Of a stretch of 64,000 bases of DNA, positions 1-9,759 are shown piece by piece. The position numbers were made by a program, and so were the translations under genes. The DNA comes from Acidimicrobiia bacterium (GTDB lineage: Bacteria; Actinomycetota; Acidimicrobiia; IMCC26256; JAENVU01), in the NCBI GenBank assembly GCA_036502405.1, contig DASXYP010000031.1:21799-85798 (forward strand), written 5' to 3'. The notes beneath the pieces were generated by a model. That model ran no database searches and was not told where the DNA came from. It saw nothing but the letters and a program-made list of their open reading frames with translations. The number at the start of each line of letters is the position of its first letter. Positions within the stretch are counted from its first letter, which is position 1.

Positions 1-230
1 CGTTCGACACCTGGGCCCGCCTGTGGGCGACGCCGTCCGGCTACGCACGCTCGACCCGGCTCGCGCGCCTCGGCGCCCGGGTCGGTGCGCGGCGTGGGAC
101 GAAGCACTGGATCCGGGCGCGCGTTCCCGGGCTCGGCGGGTGGACCGCGACCCGGGACGCACCGGCGCCGGCGGCGCGGTCCTTCCGCGACCGCTGGGAC
201 GCGCGCGCCGACGGTCGGGAGCACTGGTGA
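1..230 (+). CDS. lutB: 3' end of a LutB-like lactate-utilisation iron-sulfur protein (partial, enters from the window edge)
   Basis: Frame 2 is open from the window edge to TGA at 228-230 (...GGWTATRDAPAPAARSFRDRWDARADGREHW*). This resembles LutB/YkgF C-terminal tails. The stop overlaps the GTG of the next LutC-like gene (GTGA at 227-230). It is absent from the ORF track because no start lies in the window. Confidence 0.45.
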   Translation, partial: FDTWARLWATPSGYARSTRLARLGARVGARRGTKHWIRARVPGLGGWTATRDAPAPAARSFRDRWDARADGREHW

Positions 231-814
231 ACGAGTCGGTGGTCGAGCGGTTCCTCGCGGCTGCGACCGAGAACGGCATCACGGTGCACGGACCTCTGGA
301 CGCCGACGCCGCGACGCGGGTCGCGGCCGAACGCTCGGTCACCCTGGCCGGCGGTCGTCGGGTCGCGGTGCCGGTCGGCGACCCGAACGTCGAGGAGCTC
401 GGGCTCCGTGATGCGCTCGCGTGGGCCGGCGCCGAGCTGCTCCCCGCGAGCGACGTCGCCTGGCGGGCCGAGATCGGCGATGCGGGCGCCGGGGTCACCG
501 GCGCGCGGGCGGGGATCGCCGCGACCGGGACGCTCCTCCTGCCGTGTGGACCCGGCCGGCCGCGTGGCACGCACATCATCCCGCCCGCGCACGTCTGCGT
601 CGTGCGCGCCGCGGATCTGGTGGCGACGATCGAGGACGCGATCGCGCTGCAGTCGCGCGAGCCGCACCCGAGCACGATGAGCTGGGTCAGCGGCCCGAGC
701 CGTACCGCCGACCTCGAGATGCACCTGACCATCGGCGTCCACGGCCCCCGTTCGGTCGACGTGGTGGTCGTGGCCGACGCGACCGGGGCCGGTGACGGGA
801 CGGCGCCCGCGTAG
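227..814 (+). CDS. lutC: LutC/YkgG-like LUD-domain protein (lactate utilisation protein C)
   Basis: This is the distal part of ORF 23..814. I start it at GTG 227 (VNESVVERFLAAATENGITVH...). The LUD-domain pattern is present (...GVTGARAGIAATGTLLL...HIIPPAHVCVV...SGPSRTADLE...GVHGPRSV). The upstream 68 codons are Arg/Pro-rich and overlap the lutB frame. Confidence 0.75.
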   Translation: MNESVVERFLAAATENGITVHGPLDADAATRVAAERSVTLAGGRRVAVPVGDPNVEELGLRDALAWAGAELLPASDVAWRAEIGDAGAGVTGARAGIAATGTLLLPCGPGRPRGTHIIPPAHVCVVRAADLVATIEDAIALQSREPHPSTMSWVSGPSRTADLEMHLTIGVHGPRSVDVVVVADATGAGDGTAPA

Positions 815-824
815 CCTGCGGCGG

Positions 825-1985
825 GTGAACCGGTACGCCGCCGCGCTCTCCCAGCACCCGATCGCCGCCCACGCCGTGGGCGAGGTCGCGGGCAGCATCC
901 TCGAGCAGCTCGACGGCGAGCCGCCGGACCTCGTGGTCGTCTTCGCGTCGCCCCACTTCGCCGGCGCCCTCGACGACATGACCGCGGCACTCCGGCGGCT
1001 GCTCGAGCCGGCGGCCCTGGTCGGCATGACTGCGCTCGCGGTCATCGGCGGCGCGGTCGAGGCCGAGCGGGTGCCCGCGGTCTCGATCTGGGCCGCACGC
1101 CTCGACGGCCCGGTGACCCCGGTGAGCCTCGAGATGGTCTCCACGCCCGACGGGGCCGCGGTGCGGGGCTGGCCCGCGGGCAGCGCCGAGGACGATCCGG
1201 CCGCGGAGGCGCACACCTTGTTGCTGCTCGCGGACCCGTTCACCTTCCCCACCGAGTCGTTCCTCGCCCGTCTGGCCGACGACCGCCCCGCGCTGCAGGT
1301 GATCGGCGGCCTCGCCTCGGCCGCGCCCGGCCCGGGCGGGAACCGGTTCGCGGTGGACGGGGACATCCGGTCCGAAGGTGCGGTCGGCGTGCTGCTCGGC
1401 GGCGCGACGCGCGTGCGCGCGGTCGTGTCGCAGGGTTGCCGACCGGTCGGCAGTGCCTACATCGTCACCGAGGCGCACGACAACGTCATCGGTGCGCTCG
1501 GCGGCACGCCGACGCTCGAGCGGCTGGCCGAGATCGCGGCCGCGCTGCCCGAGGAGGACCGCGCGCTCCTGTCGCACGGCCTGCAGATCGGGATCGTGGT
1601 CGACGAGCATCAGGCCGAGTTCGGGCCCGGCGACTTCCTGGTGCGCAGCGTCCTCGGCGCGAACCGGGCGGACGGGTCGATCACCGTCGGAACCGACGTC
1701 GAGGTCGGGCGGACCGTCCAGTTCCAGGTGCGCGACGCCGACGCGGCCGACGAGGACCTCGGCGAGATGCTCGCCGGAGCACACGCGGCCGGCGCACTGC
1801 TCTTCGCGTGCACCGGACGGGGTGAGCAGCTGTTCGACACCCCGAACCACGACGCCGAGATGGTGGAGGACCTGCTCGGGCCGCTGCCGGTCGCCGGCGC
1901 GTTCTGCGCGGGCGAGATCGGGCCCGTCGGCGGTCGCAACGAGGTCCATGCCTTCACGGCGAGCCTGGCGCTGTTCGAAGCCTGA
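825..1985 (+). CDS. FIST-domain sensory protein
   Basis: From ORF 792..1985. I prefer the GTG at 825, just after the lutC stop. It has FIST_N/FIST_C-like patterns (PDLVVVFASPHFAG..., ...LLFACTGRGEQLF...GAFCAGEIGP). Confidence 0.7.
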   Translation: MNRYAAALSQHPIAAHAVGEVAGSILEQLDGEPPDLVVVFASPHFAGALDDMTAALRRLLEPAALVGMTALAVIGGAVEAERVPAVSIWAARLDGPVTPVSLEMVSTPDGAAVRGWPAGSAEDDPAAEAHTLLLLADPFTFPTESFLARLADDRPALQVIGGLASAAPGPGGNRFAVDGDIRSEGAVGVLLGGATRVRAVVSQGCRPVGSAYIVTEAHDNVIGALGGTPTLERLAEIAAALPEEDRALLSHGLQIGIVVDEHQAEFGPGDFLVRSVLGANRADGSITVGTDVEVGRTVQFQVRDADAADEDLGEMLAGAHAAGALLFACTGRGEQLFDTPNHDAEMVEDLLGPLPVAGAFCAGEIGPVGGRNEVHAFTASLALFEA

Positions 1986-2096
1986 CCAGAGCCTCGGCGT
2001 AGCGGTTCGCGCCCGTGGGTATGTGGTCCACCGCCGCGAAAGAACACCACCTAGGCTCGCCCGAGAACCGCAACGCCGGATCGCAAAGGAGCGCCC

Positions 2097-4115
2097 GTGG
2101 CGGCCGTAGCGACAGGGTCCATGTCGGCGGACATCGAGACCCGAGGAATCAACGTGATCCGTGGCCTCGCCATGGACGCCGTGCAGAAGGCCGACTCCGG
2201 CCACCCGGGGACGCCGATGGCGCTGGCCCCGCTCGCCCACGTGCTGTGGACACGGGTCATGACCTACGACGCCGGCGACGCGCACTGGCCCGACCGGGAC
2301 CGCTTCGTGCTCTCGAACGGCCACGCGTCGATGCTCCTCTACTCGCTGCTGTACCTGACCGGGTTCGGGCTCGAGCTCAGCGACATCGAGCAGTTCCGGC
2401 AGTTCGGATCGCGCACGCCCGGCCACCCGGAGTACGGCCACGTTCCCGGTGTCGAGGTGACGACCGGCCCGCTCGGTCAGGGCATCGCGAACGCGGTGGG
2501 CCTGGCGCTGGCGGAGGCGAACCTGCGCGAGCGGTTCGGCCCCGGACTCACCAACCATCACGTGTTCGCGATCATGGGCGACGGGGATCTCGAGGAGGGC
2601 GTGAGCCACGAGGCGTGCTCGCTCGCCGGCCACCTCGGTCTCGGAAGGCTCGTCGCGGTCTACGACGACAACCACATCACGATCGACGGGCCGACGGAGC
2701 TGTCGCTCACCGACGACCCGGTGCTCCGGTTCAAGGGCTACGGCTGGCAGGTCATCGAGCTCGGTGAGGCGGCCAACGACCTCGACGCGCTCGAGCGCGC
2801 GATCCGCGAAGGCATGGCCGAGGCCGATCGCCCGAGCATGATCGTGCTCCGCAGCCACATCGGATTCCCGTCGCCGCGCTTCACCGACACGTCGAAGGCG
2901 CACGGTGAGGCGCTCGGCGAGGACGAGGTGCGCGCGGTCAAGGAGATCCTCGGCATGGCGCCGGACGAGCACTTCGTCGTCCCGGACGACGTGCTCGAGG
3001 CCTACCGCGCGGTCGGGACCCGCGGTCGCCGCGCCCGCGAGGAGTGGGAAGCGCGCCGCGCCGCGCTGAGCGACGCGGAGCCCGCCCTCGCCGAGGACTA
3101 CGCCGCGTGCATCGACGGGCGGGGCGTCGACGGTTGGGAGAGCAAGCTCCCGAGCTTCAACGCGGGCGACTCGATCGCGACCCGTCAGGCGTGCTCGGCC
3201 ACGCTCGACGCGATCAGCGACGTCGTGCCCGGGCTGGTCGGCGGCGGCGCCGACCTGACCGGCAACACCGGCACCAAGCTGCTCGAGGGCGCCGGCGTCA
3301 TCGGCACCCACGACTTCCGGGGCCGCCAGATCCACTTCGGCATCCGCGAGCACGGCATGGGCGCGGTGATGAACGGCATGTACGCGGGTGGTCTCCTCCC
3401 GTTCGGCGGCACGTTCTTCGTCTTCAGCGACTACATGCGCGGTGCGGTGCGCGTCGCCTCGCTCTCGGGCTACAAGGTCGCGTTCGTCTGGTCGCACGAC
3501 TCGATCGGGCTCGGCGAGGACGGCCCCACGCACCAGCCGATCGAGCAGCTCGCCGCGATGCGGGCGATGCCGGGCATCCGTGTGATCCGGCCGGCCGACG
3601 CGAACGAGACGGCCGAGGCGTGGCGCATCCACGTGAACAGCCACGGTCCCACTGCGATGATCCTCAGCCGTCAGAAGCTGCCCGTGCTCGAGGCCACCGG
3701 CTCGCGGGCCCAGCAGGGCGTCGCGGGCGGCGCGTACGTGCTCGTCGACGAGGACGGTGACGACCCGGACATCGTGCTCGTCGGCACCGGCTCCGAGGTG
3801 CAGCTGTGCGTGGAGGCGCGCGAGGTGCTCGTCGGCAAGGGGATCTCGGTGCGGGTGGTCTCGATGCCGTGCTGGGAGCTCTTCGCCGACCGGACCGACG
3901 AGGAGCAGGCCGAGGTGTTCCCGCCCGGCGTGCTCACGCTCTCGGTCGAAGCTGCGACGACGTTCGGCTGGGAGCGCTACGCCGACGACGCGATCGGGAT
4001 CGACCACTTCGGCGCCTCCGCCCCCGGGGACGTCGTGATGCGCGAGATGGGGTTCACCGTGGACAACGTGGTTGCCCGCGCCGAAGCTCTGCTCGCCCTC
4101 GAGGAGGACGAATGA
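2097..4115 (+). CDS. tkt: transketolase
   Basis: 672 aa. Signatures include [37 protein letters not shown] and the ThDP motif [14 protein letters not shown] at 2086-2091 lies 5 nt upstream of GTG 2097. Confidence 0.95.
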   Translation: MAAVATGSMSADIETRGINVIRGLAMDAVQKADSGHPGTPMALAPLAHVLWTRVMTYDAGDAHWPDRDRFVLSNGHASMLLYSLLYLTGFGLELSDIEQFRQFGSRTPGHPEYGHVPGVEVTTGPLGQGIANAVGLALAEANLRERFGPGLTNHHVFAIMGDGDLEEGVSHEACSLAGHLGLGRLVAVYDDNHITIDGPTELSLTDDPVLRFKGYGWQVIELGEAANDLDALERAIREGMAEADRPSMIVLRSHIGFPSPRFTDTSKAHGEALGEDEVRAVKEILGMAPDEHFVVPDDVLEAYRAVGTRGRRAREEWEARRAALSDAEPALAEDYAACIDGRGVDGWESKLPSFNAGDSIATRQACSATLDAISDVVPGLVGGGADLTGNTGTKLLEGAGVIGTHDFRGRQIHFGIREHGMGAVMNGMYAGGLLPFGGTFFVFSDYMRGAVRVASLSGYKVAFVWSHDSIGLGEDGPTHQPIEQLAAMRAMPGIRVIRPADANETAEAWRIHVNSHGPTAMILSRQKLPVLEATGSRAQQGVAGGAYVLVDEDGDDPDIVLVGTGSEVQLCVEAREVLVGKGISVRVVSMPCWELFADRTDEEQAEVFPPGVLTLSVEAATTFGWERYADDAIGIDHFGASAPGDVVMREMGFTVDNVVARAEALLALEEDE

Positions 4116-5209
4116 CCAGCGCGATCGCACACCTCAACGACTTCGGGCAGAGTCCCTGGTACGACAACGTCACACGCGTGATGGTGCGCGAGGGCGGGCT
4201 GCAGCAGCTCATCGACGAGGACGGGATCCGCGGGGTGACCTCGAACCCGACGATCTTCGACAAGGCGATCGGCGGCGGCGAGGGCTACGACGAGCAGCTG
4301 AAGGAGCTGCACGGTCAGGGCGTCGGCGCCGAGGACGCGTTCTGGGCCCTCGCCGTCGACGACATCGGTGGTGGTGCGGACCTGCTCCGCCCGATCTACG
4401 ACCGCCTCGACCGCGGCGACGGCTTCATCTCGATCGAGGTGTCGCCGCTGCTCGCGCACGACACGAAGGCGACCATCGCGCAGGCGGCGGCGCTGTTCGC
4501 GCGGCTCGCCCGTCCGAACATCCTGATCAAGATCCCGGCGACGCTCGAGGGCATCCCCGCGATCGAGGAGACCATCGCGGCCGGCATCAACGTCAACGTG
4601 ACGTTGATCTTCAGCCTTGCCCGTCACGATGCGGTCATCGAGGCGTACCTGAAGGGCCTCGAGCGCTTCGTCGCCGGGGGCGGTGATCCCTCGGGCGTGA
4701 GCTCGGTCGCTTCGTTCTTCGTGAGCCGGGTCGACACCGAGACGGACCCGCGGCTGCCCGACGACTCGCCGCTGCGTGGCAAGGCCGCGGTCGCGAACGC
4801 CAAGCTCGCGTACGAGCTGTTCCGGAAGCGGTTCTCCGGCGCCCGCTGGGACGCGCTGGCAGCCAAGGGCGCCAAGCTGCAACGGCCGCTGTGGGCATCG
4901 ACGTCGACGAAGAACAAGGCCTACTCCCCCACCCTCTACATCGACTCGCTCGTCGGTCCGGACACGGTCAACACGCTCGCCCCCGCCTCGATCGACGCGC
5001 TCCACCAGGGCGACGCGAACCTGCGGGCGAACACGGTGGCGGAGGACGTCGAGGGGGCACGGCAGGTGATGGCCGATCTCAAGGCGGCAGGCGTGGACTT
5101 CGACGACGTGACCGACACGCTCGAGCGCGAGGGCGTCGACTCGTTCGCGCAGTCCTACAAGGACCTGATCGCCACGCTCGAGAAGCGCACCGCGGAGATC
5201 GCGGCCTAG
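4112..5209 (+). CDS. tal: transaldolase (long actinobacterial type)
   Basis: The true start is ATG 4112 inside ORF 3806..5209 ([20 protein letters not shown]...VTSNPTIFDKA...). It overlaps the tkt stop (ATGA). Confidence 0.95.
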   Translation: MTSAIAHLNDFGQSPWYDNVTRVMVREGGLQQLIDEDGIRGVTSNPTIFDKAIGGGEGYDEQLKELHGQGVGAEDAFWALAVDDIGGGADLLRPIYDRLDRGDGFISIEVSPLLAHDTKATIAQAAALFARLARPNILIKIPATLEGIPAIEETIAAGINVNVTLIFSLARHDAVIEAYLKGLERFVAGGGDPSGVSSVASFFVSRVDTETDPRLPDDSPLRGKAAVANAKLAYELFRKRFSGARWDALAAKGAKLQRPLWASTSTKNKAYSPTLYIDSLVGPDTVNTLAPASIDALHQGDANLRANTVAEDVEGARQVMADLKAAGVDFDDVTDTLEREGVDSFAQSYKDLIATLEKRTAEIAA

Positions 5210-6294
5210 CGCGCGTCCCTCGAGGCGTTGGCCCGGGACCCGAGCTCGAACGCGGCGCCGAGGTGAGCGGCGAGCTCCGCTCGGGGCGTGCGCGCGTTGA
5301 GGCCGCTGGTGCTCGGCATCACGTAGGCAGGCGCGCCGCCGAAGGCCTCGGGCTGCACCCCCGGCTGCGCGGCGCGATCGACCGCGGCGCGCCAGCCGGC
5401 GAGCCCGACGAAGCAGACTGCGCCGGGCTCGAGCCAGCGGACGAGGCGCTCGACCCGTGCCGCGCCGTCGCGGTACTCGGCGGTCCGCAGCTCCCCCGCC
5501 CCCACCGTCGCCCGCTTCACCAGGTCGGTCATCCCGATGCGGTGGTGCCGAAGGAGGTGCCACGGGTCGCGCGCGACGGTGGCGAGGCCGGCGTCGATCG
5601 CGGCGGCCCAGAACCGGTTGCTCCGCCCCGCGTACCCGACGCCGAGGTCGGCGGACCGGAGGCTCGGGTTCAGGCCGCAGACGAGCAGGCGCAGACCCGG
5701 CCCCACGAAGTCCGGAAGGGTGCGGGCCCGGGTCGCCCGGACCTGGATCCACGCGTCGGTGGCCTCGATGCCGTCGATGGTGAAGCCGGCACCCTCGACC
5801 ACCGCGACCAGCGGCTCGGGCTCCCAGAGGGCGAAGAGCCGGCCGGGGAAGTCGTCGCCCGGGAGGGCGTGACCTTCGAAATCACCCCGCTTCATCCCGA
5901 GCACGAGGGGCGCGCCCTCACGGGCCGCGTGGTGGAGCTCGGCGAGCGCCGCCGGGAGGCGCGCCTTGGGGACGTGCAGGTAGCTGCACTGCGCCCAGGC
6001 GCCGCCGAGGCCCTGCAAGCGCACCGGGAGCGCCTCGAGGTCCGCCTGCACGCCGAGCGCGTCGGTGGTGGCGTCGCGGGCCAGCGCCACCATGGCGAAT
6101 GCCGCGTCGAGGGCGAGGACGGGCGCGCCGAGGTCGCCGGTGTACCGGCCCGGGCCACAGCCGGCGTCGATCCGTACCGCGCCGGCGCCGACCCCGGCCC
6201 GGAAGGCAGAGGTGTCGATCCGCGCGCGATCGGAGCGACGCGCGAGCCACGTGGCCGCGTCGTCCTCGTAGATCCGGACCGTCTGCTCGTCCAT
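5206..6294 (-). CDS. fusion protein: class I SAM-dependent methyltransferase (N-terminal) plus Mug/TDG family-2 mismatch uracil-DNA glycosylase (C-terminal)
   Basis: From ORF 5206..6381, started at the internal ATG 6294 (MDEQTVRIYEDD...). The N-terminal half has SAM motif I (IDAGCGPGRYT). The C-terminal half has Mug motifs (LLVCGLNPSLRSADLGVGYAGRSNRFW and MPSTSGLNA). Its stop overlaps the tal stop within a shared CTAG at 5206-5209. Confidence 0.75.
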   Translation of the reverse strand: MDEQTVRIYEDDAATWLARRSDRARIDTSAFRAGVGAGAVRIDAGCGPGRYTGDLGAPVLALDAAFAMVALARDATTDALGVQADLEALPVRLQGLGGAWAQCSYLHVPKARLPAALAELHHAAREGAPLVLGMKRGDFEGHALPGDDFPGRLFALWEPEPLVAVVEGAGFTIDGIEATDAWIQVRATRARTLPDFVGPGLRLLVCGLNPSLRSADLGVGYAGRSNRFWAAAIDAGLATVARDPWHLLRHHRIGMTDLVKRATVGAGELRTAEYRDGAARVERLVRWLEPGAVCFVGLAGWRAAVDRAAQPGVQPEAFGGAPAYVMPSTSGLNARTPRAELAAHLGAAFELGSRANASRDAR

Positions 6295-6335
6295 CGTCCG
6301 TATGATCCCGCGCGAGCGGGGGAAGGACCGTGGTA

Positions 6336-7808
6336 ATGACGACGACGACGAACGAGCCCCGGGTGGCACCCTCGGCAGCATTGGTGGTCTTCGGCGCGAC
6401 CGGGGACCTCGCGACGCGCAAGCTCTACCCCGCGCTGTCGCAGCTCGCCGAGCGAGGGCAGCTGCCGAAGCGGTTCGCGGTGGTGGGCGTCGCCCGCACC
6501 GAGATGTCCGACGAGGACTACGCGCAGCGAGCGCCCGCGCTGGCGGAGCGGGGCGTCGACTTCCGGTACGTCGCCGGATCCTTCGACGAGCCCGAGACGT
6601 TCAGCCGGCTCAAGGACACGCTCGACTCCTGCGACGTCGACAACGACACGGGCGGGAACCGGCTCTACTACCTCGCGACGGTGCCGACCGCGTTCGCGAA
6701 GGTCGCGTGCGCGCTCGGCGCCGCGGGTCTGGCCGAGGAGCCGCCGGACACGTTCCGGCGCCTGGTCATCGAGAAGCCGTTCGGCCGCGACCTCGAGAGC
6801 GCGCGCGAGCTCGACGCGGATCTGCACTCGGTGTTCCACGAGCACCAGATCTTCCGGATCGACCACTACCTGGCCAAGGAGACGGTGCAGAACATCCTTG
6901 CGTTGCGGTTCGCGAACGCGATCTTCGAGCCGTTGTGGAACCGGCGCTACGTCGACCACGTCGAGCTCACCGTCGCCGAGTCGCTCGGCGTGGGCCACCG
7001 CGGGACGTTCTACGAGCAGGCGGGCGCCCTGCGCGACATCGTGCAGAACCACTTGCTGCAGGTGCTCGCGATCACCGCGATGGAGCCGCCCGCGAGCTTC
7101 ATGGCGGACGCAGTACGCGACGAGAAGGTCAAGCTGCTCCGCTCGGTGCGTCCGCTGCTGGCCTGGGACCTCCCGAAGCTCGTCGTGCGCGGGCAGTACC
7201 AAGCGGGCATCGTCGACGGCGAGTCGGTCGTCGGATACCGCGAGGAGGAAGGCGTCGCGCCCGACAGCACCACGGAGACCTACCTGGCGCTCCGGCTCGA
7301 GATCGACAACTGGCGCTGGGCCGGCGTGCCGTTCTTCGTGCGGACGGGCAAGCGGCTGAGCCACCGGGTGACCGAGGTCGCGATCCGCTACAAGCAGGTG
7401 CCGTTCCTGCCGTTGCCGCCGAGCGCGGTGGACTCCATCGAGCCCAACACGACGGTGATCCGCATCCAGCCCGACGAGGGCATCGAGGTCTCGTTCGGGG
7501 CCAAGGTCCCGGGCTCGCCGTTCCGGGTGAAGAACGTCGACCTGGACTTCTCGTACCAGGAGTCGTTCGGCGAGGACCCACCGGACGCGTACGAGCGCGT
7601 GCTCTTCGACGCGCTGCAGGGTGACGCGACGCTCTTCATCCGCAGCGACGAGGTCGAGCAGTCGTGGCGGATCGTGATGCCGCTCGTCGACGCGTTCCGG
7701 CACAATGCGCTGCCCCTGTACTTCTACGAGGCGGGCAGCTGGGGTCCGATCGAGGCCGACGCGCTGCTCAGCCACGACCAGCACGTCGAGCACTGGAGAA
7801 CGCCATGA
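6336..7808 (+). CDS. zwf: glucose-6-phosphate 1-dehydrogenase
   Basis: From ORF 6330..7808. It has the NADP motif VVFGATGDLATRKLYPAL and the active-site region RIDHYLAKE. GGAAGGA at 6321-6327 favours ATG 6336 over GTG 6330. Confidence 0.95.
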   Translation: MTTTTNEPRVAPSAALVVFGATGDLATRKLYPALSQLAERGQLPKRFAVVGVARTEMSDEDYAQRAPALAERGVDFRYVAGSFDEPETFSRLKDTLDSCDVDNDTGGNRLYYLATVPTAFAKVACALGAAGLAEEPPDTFRRLVIEKPFGRDLESARELDADLHSVFHEHQIFRIDHYLAKETVQNILALRFANAIFEPLWNRRYVDHVELTVAESLGVGHRGTFYEQAGALRDIVQNHLLQVLAITAMEPPASFMADAVRDEKVKLLRSVRPLLAWDLPKLVVRGQYQAGIVDGESVVGYREEEGVAPDSTTETYLALRLEIDNWRWAGVPFFVRTGKRLSHRVTEVAIRYKQVPFLPLPPSAVDSIEPNTTVIRIQPDEGIEVSFGAKVPGSPFRVKNVDLDFSYQESFGEDPPDAYERVLFDALQGDATLFIRSDEVEQSWRIVMPLVDAFRHNALPLYFYEAGSWGPIEADALLSHDQHVEHWRTP

Positions 7809-8452
7809 GCCTCACCGGTGAGCTGCGCGAGGTGGGGGACGTCGCGGCCGCGTTCGCGGATCTCGTGGCCGAGCGCGCGCCACGCTCGATCGCCCTGTCC
7901 GGTGGAGGCACCGCCGAGGCGGCCTACGCCGCGCTCGCGACCCGGAAGGTCGACTGGTCGTCCACCGACGTCTACATCGGCGACGAGCGCTTCGTGCCGG
8001 TCAGCGACCCGGACTCGAACGAAGGGATGATCCGGCGGGTGCTCTTCGCCGATGCCCAGCCGCGGGCGTTGCACTCCATGGCCGAGGCGGGGCCGACGGT
8101 CGAGGCCGCGGCGGACGCGTACGACGCGCTGATCCGCGAGGCCGACCCGATCGGCCTGGTGCACCTCGGCCTCGGGCCGGACGGCCACACCGCCTCGTTG
8201 TTCCCCGGCGCGGCGACGCTCGACGTCACCGACCGGATGGTCGTCAGCGCGGGCGACGAGCTCCACCCGCACCCGCGGCTGACGTTCACGTTCCCCGCGA
8301 TCGCCCGCAGCCGGCTCGTGGTGTTCACCGTCGCGGGCGAGGAGAAGCGCGACGCGTTCGCCCGGGTCCGCGCCGGCGACGCCGCGATGCCCGCGGCCCG
8401 GGTCCGGGCCGACGAGGTCATCTGGCTCGTCGACCCCCCCGCCCTCGCCTGA
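7805..8452 (+). CDS. pgl: 6-phosphogluconolactonase
   Basis: ATG 7805 inside ORF 7664..8452 (MSLTGELREV...IALSGGGTAE...VYIGDERFVP...GLGPDGHTASLFPG). It overlaps the zwf stop (ATGA). Confidence 0.9.
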   Translation: MSLTGELREVGDVAAAFADLVAERAPRSIALSGGGTAEAAYAALATRKVDWSSTDVYIGDERFVPVSDPDSNEGMIRRVLFADAQPRALHSMAEAGPTVEAAADAYDALIREADPIGLVHLGLGPDGHTASLFPGAATLDVTDRMVVSAGDELHPHPRLTFTFPAIARSRLVVFTVAGEEKRDAFARVRAGDAAMPAARVRADEVIWLVDPPALA

Positions 8453-8473
8453 CCGTCCCCCCACCACCACTGG

Positions 8474-8521
8474 TTTCGGGGCGTCTCACCGTCGCTATCA
8501 CGACGTCCAGGCGCCCCGAAA
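8474..8521. terminator. inverted repeat between convergent pgl and acyl-CoA dehydrogenase genes (candidate bidirectional terminator)
   Basis: TTTCGGGGCG (8474-8483) pairs perfectly with CGCCCCGAAA (8512-8521). The 28-nt loop contains a smaller CGTCG/CGACG stem. Confidence 0.4.
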
Positions 8522-8557
8522 ACGAGCCGGCGCGCCGGGAGATCTCCGGAACGGGGT

Positions 8558-9721
8558 TCAGTCGCCCCAGCGGGGTTGCGCGTCGGGAGGGATCCCGAGG
8601 CGCGCCCGGCCCATGCCCTCGAGCGCGAGGTCGTTGGTCGGCGGGTGCAGCGGCCCGGCCTGGACGTCCCGGAACATCCGCTCGATCGGGAGCCGCCGGT
8701 ACAGGCCGCTGCCGCCGACCATCCGGAAGCACCGGTCGACCGCGGCGACCGCGGCGTTCGTGACGCAGTACTTGACCGCGACCACCTCGTGCGCGGGCAG
8801 GAGCCGGGTCTCGCGGCGCCGGATCGTGTCGTCGAGCATCGCCCGGGCCGGGCGGATCAGGGCGTCGACGTCACCGGCGCCGAAGACGATCCCGGGTTGG
8901 CGGGACAGCGGGTGCTGCATCCCACCGAGCGTCCGGTCGCCGAGGTACGACGCGGTGAAGGCCGCCGCGGCCTCGGCGATGCCGAGGTACACCGACGCGA
9001 CCGTGCAGGTGAACCACGACAGCATCCGCTCACTGCGCCGGTCCCACTCGTCCCACGGCGTCCCGACCTGGGCCATGAACTCCGGCACGAACACGTCGTC
9101 GAACACGACGTCCCACGAACCGGTCCCGCGCATGGCCATCGTGTCCCAGGTGTCGACGAACGACAGCCCCGGCGCATCGCGGCCGATCGCGAACAGGAGG
9201 AGCCCGCTCCCGTCGGTGAGCCCGGCGGTGCCGTAGAAGACGTCGAGCGCCGGCGCCAGTGAGCAGAACGCCTTGCGGCCGTGGATCTTGTAGCCGCCCT
9301 CGACCCGCTCCGCCGGCGTCGACGAGGCCCGCACGTTGAGGCCGGTCGCCGCGTCGGTGAACGAGCCGCCGATCAGCACCCCGCTCGCCGCGAGCCGCAG
9401 GACCATGCGGGCCTCCTGCTGGCCGTCCTCGAGCGATTCGGCGGCGGCGCCGAGCCCGAAGAGGTGCATGTTCGTGGCCAGCGCGGTCGACGCGCAGCCG
9501 CCGGCCAGGATCGACTGGGCCCGGCACACGGCCGCGAGGTCTGCGCCCGCGCCGCCCAGCTCCTCCGGGATCGGCAGCGCGAGGTACCCGGACTCCTTGA
9601 GGCGGGCGAAGTTCTCGTACGGGAACCGGCCGGTCCGGTCCACCTCGCCGGCGCGGGCACCGAATTCCGCGGCCAGCTCCTCGGCGAGCCCGATCACGTC
9701 CGGGCCGGTCCCGGTCACCAC
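8558..9721 (-). CDS. acyl-CoA dehydrogenase family protein
   Basis: 387 aa with the ACAD layout (...FPYENFARLKESGYLALPIPEELGGAG..., ...IGGSFTDAATG...). The start is one of several GTGs between 9697 and 9721. Confidence 0.85.
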   Translation of the reverse strand: MVTGTGPDVIGLAEELAAEFGARAGEVDRTGRFPYENFARLKESGYLALPIPEELGGAGADLAAVCRAQSILAGGCASTALATNMHLFGLGAAAESLEDGQQEARMVLRLAASGVLIGGSFTDAATGLNVRASSTPAERVEGGYKIHGRKAFCSLAPALDVFYGTAGLTDGSGLLLFAIGRDAPGLSFVDTWDTMAMRGTGSWDVVFDDVFVPEFMAQVGTPWDEWDRRSERMLSWFTCTVASVYLGIAEAAAAFTASYLGDRTLGGMQHPLSRQPGIVFGAGDVDALIRPARAMLDDTIRRRETRLLPAHEVVAVKYCVTNAAVAAVDRCFRMVGGSGLYRRLPIERMFRDVQAGPLHPPTNDLALEGMGRARLGIPPDAQPRWGD

Positions 9722-9759
9722 GCGCTCCTGATCTGGCCCGACATGAACGTTGGAATCTA

